The notes beneath the pieces were generated by a model. The model was not told the origin of the DNA and made no database searches. It worked only from the letters and a program-made list of their open reading frames with translations. This document shows positions 27,571 through 36,553 of a stretch of DNA of 64,000 bases, piece after piece (the stretch's first letter is position 1; the number at the start of each line of letters is the position of its first letter). Source of the DNA: Deltaproteobacteria bacterium (GTDB lineage: Bacteria > Myxococcota_A > Polyangia > Polyangiales > Houyiibacteriaceae); NCBI GenBank assembly GCA_013151775.1, contig JAADHO010000118.1, forward strand, positions 988 through 64,987, in the 5' to 3' direction. Position numbers and translations under genes: made by a program.

Positions 27571-28101
27571 TCAAGGCGGCGGAGGCACCATGTCCGTCAC
27601 CTGCCACTCGCCGTGCACGCAGCTGTAGATGGGCCCACCGCAGAAGCCGTAGCCGCAGCTGTGGTCCAGGGAACAGGCGGATCCCCCGTCGGGCGCCATG
27701 CCGGGGCAGCCATCCTCGCGCACCTCGGGCGGCGTCGGCGTGCACTGCCACGTGTACATCTCGGGAGACATGGGCGAGCGCACGGCGCCCGAGCAGACGC
27801 GATCCTCGCCGCAGTAGCACTCGCCCTCGGGGTAGCTGCAGTCGGAGGTACCCGGGCCAGACTCACAGCCGCCGCGGGCCTCGGCGAAGCTGGCGGGGCA
27901 AGCCGGCGCAGAGGCGTCCGAGGTGGCGCCCGCGTTCGCGCTGTCGTCCGCGCTCGCGCTGTCGTCCGCGTTCGCGCTGTCGTCCGAGGTGCCGCCCACG
28001 TTCGCCGTGTCGTCGGCGGTGCCGGCGTGAGGCGAGCTGGCTCCGCAGGCAAAGAGGCCGGCGGTGGCGACGCAGAGGAGAGCACGCTGAAGGGAACTCA
28101 T
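27571..28101 (-). CDS. hypothetical Cys-rich lipoprotein
   Basis: Lipobox GLFAC. DDSA[NS]A linker. About 14 Cys in the mature domain. Confidence 0.6.
   Translation of the reverse strand: MSSLQRALLCVATAGLFACGASSPHAGTADDTANVGGTSDDSANADDSASADDSANAGATSDASAPACPASFAEARGGCESGPGTSDCSYPEGECYCGEDRVCSGAVRSPMSPEMYTWQCTPTPPEVREDGCPGMAPDGGSACSLDHSCGYGFCGGPIYSCVHGEWQVTDMVPPPP
27931..27984 (-). repeat. 3 x 18-bp tandem repeat encoding DDSA[NS]A
   Basis: Read directly (GCGCTGTCGTCCGCG-type unit). Confidence 0.85.
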
Positions 28102-28223
28102 GGGTGCGAGAGTACCACGTGCGAGGGAGATGGGCTCCGAAGCAGCTCTCCCGCGCGATTGAGCAATATCAATGAGCGCAGAGCGTTTCCACCGACTCTT
28201 AGGATTTTGGAAGGAGGTCGAGC

Positions 28224-30464
28224 ATGCACATTGCGCTCGTCTGTGCAGATCTAGAAGAGAACCTCGGGGTGGGATTGCTCGCCGCCATCGCCGAGCGAGC
28301 CGGTCACGAGGTTGACGTCGTCGCCTTCGACACGGGTCGCGACGCGCCCGCGCTTGCGCGCCGATTGGCTCACGAGGCGCCGGACCTGATTGGCCTCTCG
28401 ATTCAATTCCAGCACCGGGCCCACGACTTCCTCAGCCTCGCCAGGATGCTCCGGGAGGCGGGCTTCCAGGGGCACATCAGCTCCGGCGGACAGTTCCCCT
28501 CGTTGGCCTTCCACGAGGTGCTCGAGCGCGGTCACGGGGTCGATAGCGTGATCTTCCACGACGGAGAGGCCAGCTTCGAGGAGCTGCTCGCGGCGCTGGA
28601 CGCCGGGCGTGATCTGCACGACGTGGCGGGCTTGGCCCTGCTCTCGGACGACGGCGTCACCATGCGCACAGCGCCTCGACCGCTATGCGCTGACCTCGAC
28701 GGCCTGCCCTTCTCGAAGCGCTATCGCGGACACACGCGGCACCTCGGCGTGCCCTTCATCCCGATCATGGGCGGCCGCGGCTGTTGGGGTCGTTGCGCCT
28801 ACTGCTCCATCACCGCGGGCTACCGCGACGCACGCAGCCACGGAGGCGGCGCGAGCTTCCGGCTACGCAGCCCGGCGAGCGTGGCCGACGAGATGGCGCC
28901 CCTGTGGCACGAGGCCGGTCCGAGCATCTTCTGCTTCCACGACGACAACCTGCTGCTGCCCAAGCCCGCGGCCACCCTCGAGCGCCTGCACGCCATCCGT
29001 CGTGAGCTGGACGCGCGCGGCGTCGGAGAGATCGCCATCGTCGGCAAGTGTCGACCCGACACGCTCACGCTCGAGCTCGCCCATGAGCTGTCGAAGCTCG
29101 GTGTGATCCGCCTCTACGTCGGCGTCGAGAACGCCTCCGAGGCTGGCGGCAGGCACCTGAGGCGCGGCACGCAGCAGGCCGCCGTGGGGCGCGCCCTCGA
29201 GGCCTGCGCCGAGGCCGGGATCTTCACCTGCTACAATTTGCTCGTCTTCGAGCCCGACTGCCGGCTCGAGGACGTACGCCAGAACATCGCCTTCGTGCGC
29301 GAGCACCTCGACCACCCCTTCAACTTCTGCCGCGCCGAGCCCTACTACGGCACGCCCTTGATGCGCGACCTCGAGGCGCGCGGCACCCTCACGGGCAGCT
29401 ACCTCGGCTATGACTACGGTCTAGAAGATGTGCGCACGGAGCTGCTCTTCCGCATCTGCGCCGCTGCCTTCCGAGAGCGAAATTTCGCTCCGAGTGGCGT
29501 CGGCAACCGCTACATGGGCCTGGGCTACGCCTCCAAGATCTTGGAGCACTTCGTGGGGACGGAGCAGGCCAGCGTGCGTCAGACCAAGCGCCGCGCCCGC
29601 CTGCTCGCGCGCGCCATCGCCGAGCAGACGGTGAGCTTCCTCGAACAGGCCCTCGCCCTCGCGGAGTCCCTGCCCATCGACGACGCCGACGCCATCGCTC
29701 GCGAGACCGCGGTCCTCGGCATGCGGATCGCGGCGGCGGACAGCGAGTGGCACGACGCCATGGACGACTTCGAGGCCTCCGCCCGTGCCGTCGCCCGGCA
29801 GGCCACGCGAGAGACGAAACGCGGAGGTCCGGACGTGCGACGCATGGCCATGACGGCGGCCCTGAGCGCGAGCCTCGCCCTCTCGACCACCGCCTGCGAT
29901 CCCGTGCCGCCCGACTCGGGTCTGCCTGATGCCGCACGGGATGGCTCGGTCAGAGACTCGGGTGCGCGGGTGGACGCGGCTCGCTCGGACTCGGGCGTGG
30001 ACTCGGGCGTCGTGGTCGATCCCCCGCCGCCCGACTCGGGCGTCGTGGTCGATCCCCCGCCGCCGGACGCAGGTCGTGACGCCGGCATGATCGCGGATCC
30101 GGCGCCCTCGGACGCAGGGGCCGCCCTGACCCCAGACGTGCCCGCGCGTCGCTTGATCGATCAATGGCGCGACACCGCACCAAAGGGCGCCCAACGCAGC
30201 CGCGCCATTGCGCTCTACGCGCCACCACGCCCGATGCTAGTCGCCACCCGAGAGGGTGAGCGGGTACGCGTACGGGTGCAGGGCGTCAACACGAGCTTCG
30301 GCGCCCGGTGGGAGGCCGAGGGCGAGGTCGTGGGCGAAGTGGGCGAGGTGATGTGGAAGCCCGCGAATGACGCGGACCACCTGCGAGTGGCGATCCGCAC
30401 CGAGGGCGGCGTAGCGGTCGTGAGCCTGCGTGCGAGCAAACTGAGGCCAGCAGGTCGCAGCTAG
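28224..30464 (+). CDS. B12-binding-domain radical SAM protein, continuing in frame into a lipoprotein-like C-terminal module
   Basis: N-terminal B12-like domain. CX3CX2C motif GGRGCWGRCAYCS. From codon 541 (ATG 29844): MAMTAALSASLALSTTAC, then a D/S/G/P-rich linker and a ~110-aa domain. Confidence 0.8.
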   Translation: MHIALVCADLEENLGVGLLAAIAERAGHEVDVVAFDTGRDAPALARRLAHEAPDLIGLSIQFQHRAHDFLSLARMLREAGFQGHISSGGQFPSLAFHEVLERGHGVDSVIFHDGEASFEELLAALDAGRDLHDVAGLALLSDDGVTMRTAPRPLCADLDGLPFSKRYRGHTRHLGVPFIPIMGGRGCWGRCAYCSITAGYRDARSHGGGASFRLRSPASVADEMAPLWHEAGPSIFCFHDDNLLLPKPAATLERLHAIRRELDARGVGEIAIVGKCRPDTLTLELAHELSKLGVIRLYVGVENASEAGGRHLRRGTQQAAVGRALEACAEAGIFTCYNLLVFEPDCRLEDVRQNIAFVREHLDHPFNFCRAEPYYGTPLMRDLEARGTLTGSYLGYDYGLEDVRTELLFRICAAAFRERNFAPSGVGNRYMGLGYASKILEHFVGTEQASVRQTKRRARLLARAIAEQTVSFLEQALALAESLPIDDADAIARETAVLGMRIAAADSEWHDAMDDFEASARAVARQATRETKRGGPDVRRMAMTAALSASLALSTTACDPVPPDSGLPDAARDGSVRDSGARVDAARSDSGVDSGVVVDPPPPDSGVVVDPPPPDAGRDAGMIADPAPSDAGAALTPDVPARRLIDQWRDTAPKGAQRSRAIALYAPPRPMLVATREGERVRVRVQGVNTSFGARWEAEGEVVGEVGEVMWKPANDADHLRVAIRTEGGVAVVSLRASKLRPAGRS
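30000..30065 (+). repeat. 2 x 33-bp tandem repeat encoding DSGVVVDPPPP
   Basis: Read directly from the sequence. Confidence 0.9.
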
Positions 30465-30476
30465 CATCTGCATGGA

Positions 30477-31019
30477 TCAGCGCGGCAGGTGTTCCCTCAG
30501 GCGCGGCATCAGCTCGACGAAGTTGCAGGGGCGAAAGCGGCTGTCGAGCTGCTCGGCGAAGATGCCATCCCAGGCGTCCTTGCAGGCGCCCGTGGAGCCC
30601 GGGATCGAGAAGAGATAGGTGCCGCCCGCCACGCCGCCCACGGCCCGCGACTGGATGGTGGAGGTGCCGATCTTCTGGAAGCTGAGCATGCGGAAGACCT
30701 CGCCGAAGCCCGGCAGCTGCTTCTCGATCACCGCATGGAAGGCCTCGGGCGTCACGTCGCGGCCGGTGATGCCCGTGCCGCCCGTCGCGATCACCACCTC
30801 CACCGCGTCGTCGGCGATCAGCGCGCGCAGCTCCTGCTCGATGCGCGCCTGCTCGTCGGGCACGATGCGCTTCGTCACCACCTCGTGACCGGCCGCCTCG
30901 GCGCGCTCCACCAGCAGGCGACCCGAGCTGTCGTCGGCCTCGGTGCGCGTATCCGACACGGTCAAGATGGCGAGGTGCAGCGGCACGAAGGCGCGCGAAG
31001 GATCGATGCCTGGGCTCAT
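30477..31019 (-). CDS. moaB: molybdenum cofactor biosynthesis protein B (MoaB/Mog family)
   Basis: LAILTVSDTR, VVIATGGTGITGRDVTPEA and IPGSTGACKDAWD are typical of the MoaB/MogA fold. Confidence 0.8.
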   Translation of the reverse strand: MSPGIDPSRAFVPLHLAILTVSDTRTEADDSSGRLLVERAEAAGHEVVTKRIVPDEQARIEQELRALIADDAVEVVIATGGTGITGRDVTPEAFHAVIEKQLPGFGEVFRMLSFQKIGTSTIQSRAVGGVAGGTYLFSIPGSTGACKDAWDGIFAEQLDSRFRPCNFVELMPRLREHLPR

Positions 31020-31158
31020 GCGCTCGGCTTAGCATCCTCGGGGCGAGCCCGCCGGACGAATCTGGCGGCAGCTGGCACGGGTTGGCACATACGGCCCGCC
31101 AAGTCTCGGGCTGATCGCGCCGATCGAAGCTGGCCCGCGAGTTGCACAAGTCACTGGC

Positions 31159-32604
31159 ATGCACACGAATACGCAGCTCCGCGCCCTCCTGCTGACCCTG
31201 AGCCTCAGCCTGCTCGCCGCCTGCGGCGGCATGGGAGACGTCGCCTACCCGGGCGAGGTCGGTCCACCCGTCAACGCGGGCGTCGCGCCCGATGGCATCG
31301 GCGTCACCCCTGGGGGTGTGCAAGACATCGAGTACGCCCGGGAGCAGGTCGCCTCGGGCTCGCTGCCTCCGTCCGAGTCCATCACGGTGGAGGGCCTGCT
31401 CAGCCAGCACGACCTGCCGGCGGGCGGCGCAGCCTGTGAGGATCTCCTGTGCCTGCGTCCGGCCCTGGGCGCCACGCGCTCGGCCGACACTGGCGACCTC
31501 ACCTACTGGGTCTACCTGGGCATGAAGAGCGGCCTGACGGACTTCCAGCGCCCGCCCCTCGACCTGACCATCGTGATGGACCGCTCGGGCAGCATGGGCG
31601 GCGACATGCGCGAGACGGAGCAGGCCGTCGTCAACATGCTCGAGCAGCTGCGCCCGGACGATCGCGTCTCCATCGTCGCCTTCAACGACCGTCGCCGCGT
31701 CGTCTTCGAGCATGGCCCCCTGACCGACCTGGCCTCCGTGTCTCGCGACGTGCTCTCCGTCGAGGCGCGAGGCAGCTGGGAGATCGAGTCCGCGCTGGAG
31801 CAGGCGCTGACCATTCAGCGAGCCGCGGGCGACTCCCCCGAGCGCCTGCGACGCATCGTCGTGCTCAGCTGCGGCTATCCCGACGCATCCGCCTCCTCGC
31901 CCTTCGCCCAGCTCGTGGCCGACGCGGCCAGGGAGCGCATCGGCTTCACCTTCTTGGGCATCCTGCTGGGCTACGACGCGACCCTCGGAGCGCTGCTCGG
32001 ACAGACCCCCGGCGGCAGTTACCACTACGTGCAGGATCTCCAGTCGACGCGCGAGTTCTTCGGCGCGGACTTCGACACCATGATGTCGCCCCTGGCCTAC
32101 GACCTCTCCATGCGCCTCGACCTCGGCGCCGGCTTCACCATCGACCGCGCCTTCGGCATCCCGGGTGACTCCGTGGGAGCCCCGAGCGCGTCCCTCGACG
32201 TGGCCACGGCCTTCGCCAGCCGACGCGGCGGCGGCATCGTGGTGCGCCTACAGCAGTCCGGCGCCTTCGACCAAGAGCTGGGCCAGGTCGGCCTGAGCTA
32301 TACCCCCGAGTCGGCCTTCGGCTGGACCTCGGAGCACAGCGAAGACAAGCCTCTGAGCCTGCCGGCCGAGGCGGCCACGGACGTGTTCTGGGGCACGGAC
32401 ACGGTGCAGAAGGCCGTGGTGTTGGTCGAATCCGCCGAGGGCATGCGCGACGCGCTGAGCCTGCGTGAGTCGGGCTCGCGAGACGACGCCCTGGCGCGCA
32501 TGGCGCAGGTCGTGGAGGGGCTGCGCAGCGCGGCCACCGAGCTCGACGACGAGGGCCTGCGCACGGAGCTGGCCTTCGCCGAGGCTCTCCAGGCGCTGAT
32601 GTAG
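31159..32604 (+). CDS. von Willebrand factor type A domain lipoprotein (YfbK-like)
   Basis: Lipobox LSLLAAC. MIDAS motif DLTIVMDRSGSMGG. VWA-like downstream layout. Confidence 0.8.
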   Translation: MHTNTQLRALLLTLSLSLLAACGGMGDVAYPGEVGPPVNAGVAPDGIGVTPGGVQDIEYAREQVASGSLPPSESITVEGLLSQHDLPAGGAACEDLLCLRPALGATRSADTGDLTYWVYLGMKSGLTDFQRPPLDLTIVMDRSGSMGGDMRETEQAVVNMLEQLRPDDRVSIVAFNDRRRVVFEHGPLTDLASVSRDVLSVEARGSWEIESALEQALTIQRAAGDSPERLRRIVVLSCGYPDASASSPFAQLVADAARERIGFTFLGILLGYDATLGALLGQTPGGSYHYVQDLQSTREFFGADFDTMMSPLAYDLSMRLDLGAGFTIDRAFGIPGDSVGAPSASLDVATAFASRRGGGIVVRLQQSGAFDQELGQVGLSYTPESAFGWTSEHSEDKPLSLPAEAATDVFWGTDTVQKAVVLVESAEGMRDALSLRESGSRDDALARMAQVVEGLRSAATELDDEGLRTELAFAEALQALM

Positions 32605-32612
32605 GCCGCGCG

Positions 32613-34502
32613 CTACTCGAAGAAGACGGGGCTGGCCCAGGCCATCTCGCCATCCCGCTGCACCACGCGGGCGTAGACGAAGGCGGCGTGCACAGGCGCC
32701 TCGAGGCGCAGCGTGTCTTCGCCGTTCGTGGCCTCGACGCTGGCGAGCACGCCCTCGGGACCGACCAACTCGAGGCGCGCGAGGGCGCCCGTGCCCACGG
32801 CCTCTGCCTTGGCGAGCTGCGGCTCCGCGCTACGCAGGACGCCACCCATGGGCGCCGCTCCGACCTCGAAGTCGAGCAGGATCTTGGCGCCGCTGGTGGC
32901 GTAGCAGCGACGGCTCTTGATCGCCTCGTACACGGCCCCGCGGCTCAGCTCGCGGGCCTGCACGGCCGTGAGCCCCGTGCGGAAAGGATCGCGCTTGCGC
33001 GACTCGCCGTGGTGCCAGAGCAGCCCGTGGCTGTCGCTCGCGGCGGTGAAGCCGAAGCGATGTCCGCGTCGCAGCATCACGTCCGCGACCTGATCCGCGT
33101 TGTCGCCGCGCTGACCCAGGGGGTGATCCGCGTGCTCGTAGCAACCGTGGCAGGAGCAGATCTCCCACACGGGCGAGCCCTGCTCGTCGTGGGCCTCTTC
33201 GTCGCAGCCCGTCCAGCCGATGTGATGTGGCGAGGCGATGCCGCCCATCTCCTTGATGGCCCGCACCAGCGCCTTGCCCTCGGGCACGTCGTCACGGCTG
33301 ATCAGCGGCAGGCCCGCCTCGGGCAGGTAGACGCATTTGTGGCCGGGTCCGGGGTGCATGCGCCCCGTCCACTCGTAGGCGATCAGCGTGGCGAAGCGAC
33401 CGGGGTCGTCGTAGCGCTCGGCTACCGACTGCAGGTAGGCCCACTCGCCGGGACCCGTGCGCTTACCCAAGAACGACTCGTGATCCGTCAGCGCCACGAA
33501 GTCGTCGCCATAACGATGACGTGCGCGCCGGTAGGGCTCGTCCGCGCAGCCGATGCCGTCCGAGTGGGCGCTGTGCTGTTGGATGTCGCCGAAGTAAGTG
33601 TGCATGCCGTGGTGGCGGGCGGGATCGCGTGCTCGATCGACGGCCAGCGCGGGCTCTGTGCGCGCGACCACGTCCACCTCGGCGAGCACGAGTGATGGCG
33701 GACCTCCCTGCGGCGGGCGGTGGCGCGTGAGCTCGATGCCCTTGCGCTCGCGTCGCGCCGTGAGCGTGTAGCCGCACTTCAGTCGCACGGCGCTGATGCG
33801 TCGACCGCGCATACCCCACTCGCCGTCGCTGAGCGCCTCGCGGACCGCGACACCCTCGGAGCTGAAGTCTTGACGCCAGTAGTTGTGGGAGCCGCGGCCA
33901 AACAGGCTCACGCCTCCGCTCTCACCGACGACCACCGCCGGAAACTCGAAGCTCTGCTCCACGTCGCGGCTGTCGCGGTCGAGGTCGGGCGCGCGCTCGG
34001 CCGGCGCGAATACGCGGCCCGCGTCGTCGACGAAGCGCAGGGCGATCCACTTGGAGACGTCCACGCGGGCGTCGTCCTCGCGCAGATCGTGGTGGAAGGC
34101 GACCCAGACGCCGCCCTCGGCCTCGGTGATGGCCGGGGTCGCGGCCATGGCCTCGGCGCTCCAGACCTTCACGCGGCCGCTCGGGCGCTCGAGCCAGACA
34201 CACGAGCGCGCGCCCTCGTGCTCGATGAACACCCGGCAAGCGCCGGCGCGTGCCTCGTGCTCGACGGCAGGATCGTCCGTGGGCATGGGCGGTACGCTCG
34301 ATGTGAGCGTGGGGATGGCAGCGCGCAGTGGACCCTCACCGACCAAGCCCTCGGACTGCCCGCAGCAGTCCACGGCGCAGGCCAAGATGCGCTCGCCCTC
34401 GGGGCTCCACGCGATCATGTAGAGGGTCGCGCCGCCGTCGGCGTGGGCCACCAGCCGTGGTGACCTGAGGTAGCGGTCCTCCCGCTGCTCGATCAGCGCC
34501 AT
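32613..34502 (-). CDS. putative PHP / CehA-McbA-type metallohydrolase
   Basis: His-rich motifs GDIQQHSAHSDG, ALTDHESF, SPHHIGWTG and AASDSHG. The family assignment is tentative. Confidence 0.5.
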   Translation of the reverse strand: MALIEQREDRYLRSPRLVAHADGGATLYMIAWSPEGERILACAVDCCGQSEGLVGEGPLRAAIPTLTSSVPPMPTDDPAVEHEARAGACRVFIEHEGARSCVWLERPSGRVKVWSAEAMAATPAITEAEGGVWVAFHHDLREDDARVDVSKWIALRFVDDAGRVFAPAERAPDLDRDSRDVEQSFEFPAVVVGESGGVSLFGRGSHNYWRQDFSSEGVAVREALSDGEWGMRGRRISAVRLKCGYTLTARRERKGIELTRHRPPQGGPPSLVLAEVDVVARTEPALAVDRARDPARHHGMHTYFGDIQQHSAHSDGIGCADEPYRRARHRYGDDFVALTDHESFLGKRTGPGEWAYLQSVAERYDDPGRFATLIAYEWTGRMHPGPGHKCVYLPEAGLPLISRDDVPEGKALVRAIKEMGGIASPHHIGWTGCDEEAHDEQGSPVWEICSCHGCYEHADHPLGQRGDNADQVADVMLRRGHRFGFTAASDSHGLLWHHGESRKRDPFRTGLTAVQARELSRGAVYEAIKSRRCYATSGAKILLDFEVGAAPMGGVLRSAEPQLAKAEAVGTGALARLELVGPEGVLASVEATNGEDTLRLEAPVHAAFVYARVVQRDGEMAWASPVFFE

Positions 34503-34560
34503 GGCTCAGTGATGACACCCCAAGGGGCGATCGTCCACTTCTCGTCGTGAGGACGCTGCG

Positions 34561-34995
34561 TCACGAGGCGGCGGCCGCGATCTGCTTGATCTTGCCCACC
34601 ATGGAGAGCAGCCCGTTGCTGCGCCCCATGGAGAGGTGCTTGTCGAGCCCGAGGCGCGCGAAGACGGGGCGCGGATCCGTGTCGAGGATCTGCTGTGGGC
34701 TGTGGCCGGAGAAGATGGTGAGCAGGATGGCCACCAGGCCGCGCGCGATGTGAGCGTCGCTGTCGGCGCGGAAGCGCAGCACGCCGGACTCTGGGTCGAC
34801 GGGCTCGGCGATCAGCCAGACCTGGCTCATGCAGCCCTTCACCTTGTTCTCCGCCACGCGCGCGTCCTCGGGGAACGCGGGCAGCTCACGCCCCAGCTCG
34901 ATCAGGTAGCCGTAGCGATCCTGCCAATCGTCCAAGAGCTCGAAGCTCTCGACCAGGTCCTCGATGCTCGCTGGCTCGTCCGCTAGGTCCGACAT
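34561..34995 (-). CDS. sufE: SufE-family sulfur acceptor protein
   Basis: 144 aa. Conserved KVKGCMSQVWL cysteine loop and DSDAHIARGL. Confidence 0.85.
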   Translation of the reverse strand: MSDLADEPASIEDLVESFELLDDWQDRYGYLIELGRELPAFPEDARVAENKVKGCMSQVWLIAEPVDPESGVLRFRADSDAHIARGLVAILLTIFSGHSPQQILDTDPRPVFARLGLDKHLSMGRSNGLLSMVGKIKQIAAAAS

Positions 34996-35157
34996 GCGTC
35001 CTCGTCTCGCAGGGCCCGCAGTCTGTCCGAAGTCGCGCCCCGAGCAAGGCGGCGCGGATCCACGCTCTTCGCCGCCAGGATGCTACAGCGGGCGCGCTGG
35101 AGACGTCATGGGCTCCCCATGGGGAAGGTCCTGTGCGCGCGCGACGTACGCACACGC

Positions 35158-36138
35158 ATGAGAGCGAATCGAGACTTGTGTCTGATCGCCTGTGGGCTGC
35201 TGCTCGCCTGTGGCGGCGAGCGACCTCCGCCCCAGCTCTCGAGCACGCCGGCCCGCTCCGAGGCCGAGCAGGCGAGCGAACCGGCGCCAGCCCCGGGTCG
35301 GGAGAGCCTCGCGGACTGCGACCGGGGAGGCGCTTTCCTGGAGCTCTGGGATGGCCTCGACGCCGCGGAGCGCCAAGCCCTGACGCGTGCGGAGGACAGC
35401 TCCTTGGCGCTCCAAGCGCGCTGGGAGACGTCGCGCCGTGTGCTCGAGGCCGAGGGCGACGGGCCGCAGGCGCTCGACGCGACCAGGGTCGCGAGCTTCG
35501 TGGCGTTCTTCGAGCGGCGCACGGGCGCGACGCCGCCTGCGTGGTGGGGGCAGAGCTTGGCGCACGCGCGCTACCACGCGGCGACCGGCGCCACGAGCTA
35601 CGCGGATGTGCCGTCGCGACTCGAGAGCGGCTACGCACCCGAGTCGACGCTGGGCGAGCGCCACGTGCGCGCGCCGGTCGGCTGGCATGTGCAGGCGGCC
35701 GAGCACCAGACAGCGATACGCCTCGCCTCGGACCTCGCGGACTCCGTGAGTCATGTGCTGCCGCTCGACGCGCTGGAGCTGTCACCGGGCCGCTGGGCGA
35801 CGCACGTCGCGCTGGTCGCGACCGATCGGGGTCTCGTCGTCATGCCCTTCGAGCCCGGAGATGGCGGCGGCGCGGAGGTGGTCCGCCGCTACGACGAGGG
35901 GCAGCGCATGTGGGAGACGCGCGTCTGCGCGGGCGGGCGCAGCATGCTCGGAGGTCTGGGCACGGAGATGCTCGAGCTGCGGCTCGTCGGCGCCCTCGTG
36001 CTCGCCTTCGGCGCCGAGAGTCACGCCGTCTGGGTCGACGCCCTGCGCGTCGAAGACGGCTCCCTCGCCTGGCGCTTCAACAGCGACCTCTGGTTCGCGC
36101 GGCACGCGATCACCGGGTCGCGCGGCACCAGGCCGTAG
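35158..36138 (+). CDS. hypothetical lipoprotein
   Basis: Start at MRANRDLCLIACGLLLAC (ATG 35158). No further motif recognised. Confidence 0.5.
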   Translation: MRANRDLCLIACGLLLACGGERPPPQLSSTPARSEAEQASEPAPAPGRESLADCDRGGAFLELWDGLDAAERQALTRAEDSSLALQARWETSRRVLEAEGDGPQALDATRVASFVAFFERRTGATPPAWWGQSLAHARYHAATGATSYADVPSRLESGYAPESTLGERHVRAPVGWHVQAAEHQTAIRLASDLADSVSHVLPLDALELSPGRWATHVALVATDRGLVVMPFEPGDGGGAEVVRRYDEGQRMWETRVCAGGRSMLGGLGTEMLELRLVGALVLAFGAESHAVWVDALRVEDGSLAWRFNSDLWFARHAITGSRGTRP

Positions 36139-36217
36139 TCCGATCGTCCATGGTAGGCTTGCGGTGCATGTTGGGGGCCTGAGGTCACCGAAGGCGCGTT
36201 GAGCTTCGACCGAAGAG

Positions 36218-36553
36218 ATGACTCGAATATACGACACCAGCGACTACAAGAAGCACAAGCGGCCCAAGGGCTGGGGTTCCCTCTGCCCGGACGACACCCT
36301 GAGCCGGGCACAGAACCTCCTCGACAGCGGCGCCTCGGTTGGCGACGCGGTGTTCAACGTGGAGGGGGAACTCTGCTATCGTGCCCAATCTCACGCAGAG
36401 CGCGACGGCGCTACGTACTGGCACGGCCACCCGATCCCCTGGACAAGGTTGCCGCCCTCCGCCAAGAACGCGCTGGTTGCGTCAGGCAGGCTCGACCTCG
36501 CAGTCTACCGCAAAGCCATCCGCAAGAGTTGGGGCCGAGAATTCGACCGATGA
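36218..36553 (+). CDS. hypothetical small protein (111 aa), first gene of a coupled pair
   Basis: The ORF start is less GC-rich than its surroundings. Its stop overlaps the next ATG (ATGA at 36550-36553). Contains a YWHGHPIPW segment. Family not recognised. Confidence 0.5.
   Translation: MTRIYDTSDYKKHKRPKGWGSLCPDDTLSRAQNLLDSGASVGDAVFNVEGELCYRAQSHAERDGATYWHGHPIPWTRLPPSAKNALVASGRLDLAVYRKAIRKSWGREFDR

Noticed and set aside
31073-31087. Sigma-54-like sequence TGGCACGGGTTGGCA about 70 nt upstream of the VWA gene, with TGGC recurring at a 10-nt period.
   Set aside because: The GG-to-GC spacing is one nt short of the canonical -24/-12 arrangement, and the -12 element is not TTGC. I did not call it as a promoter.
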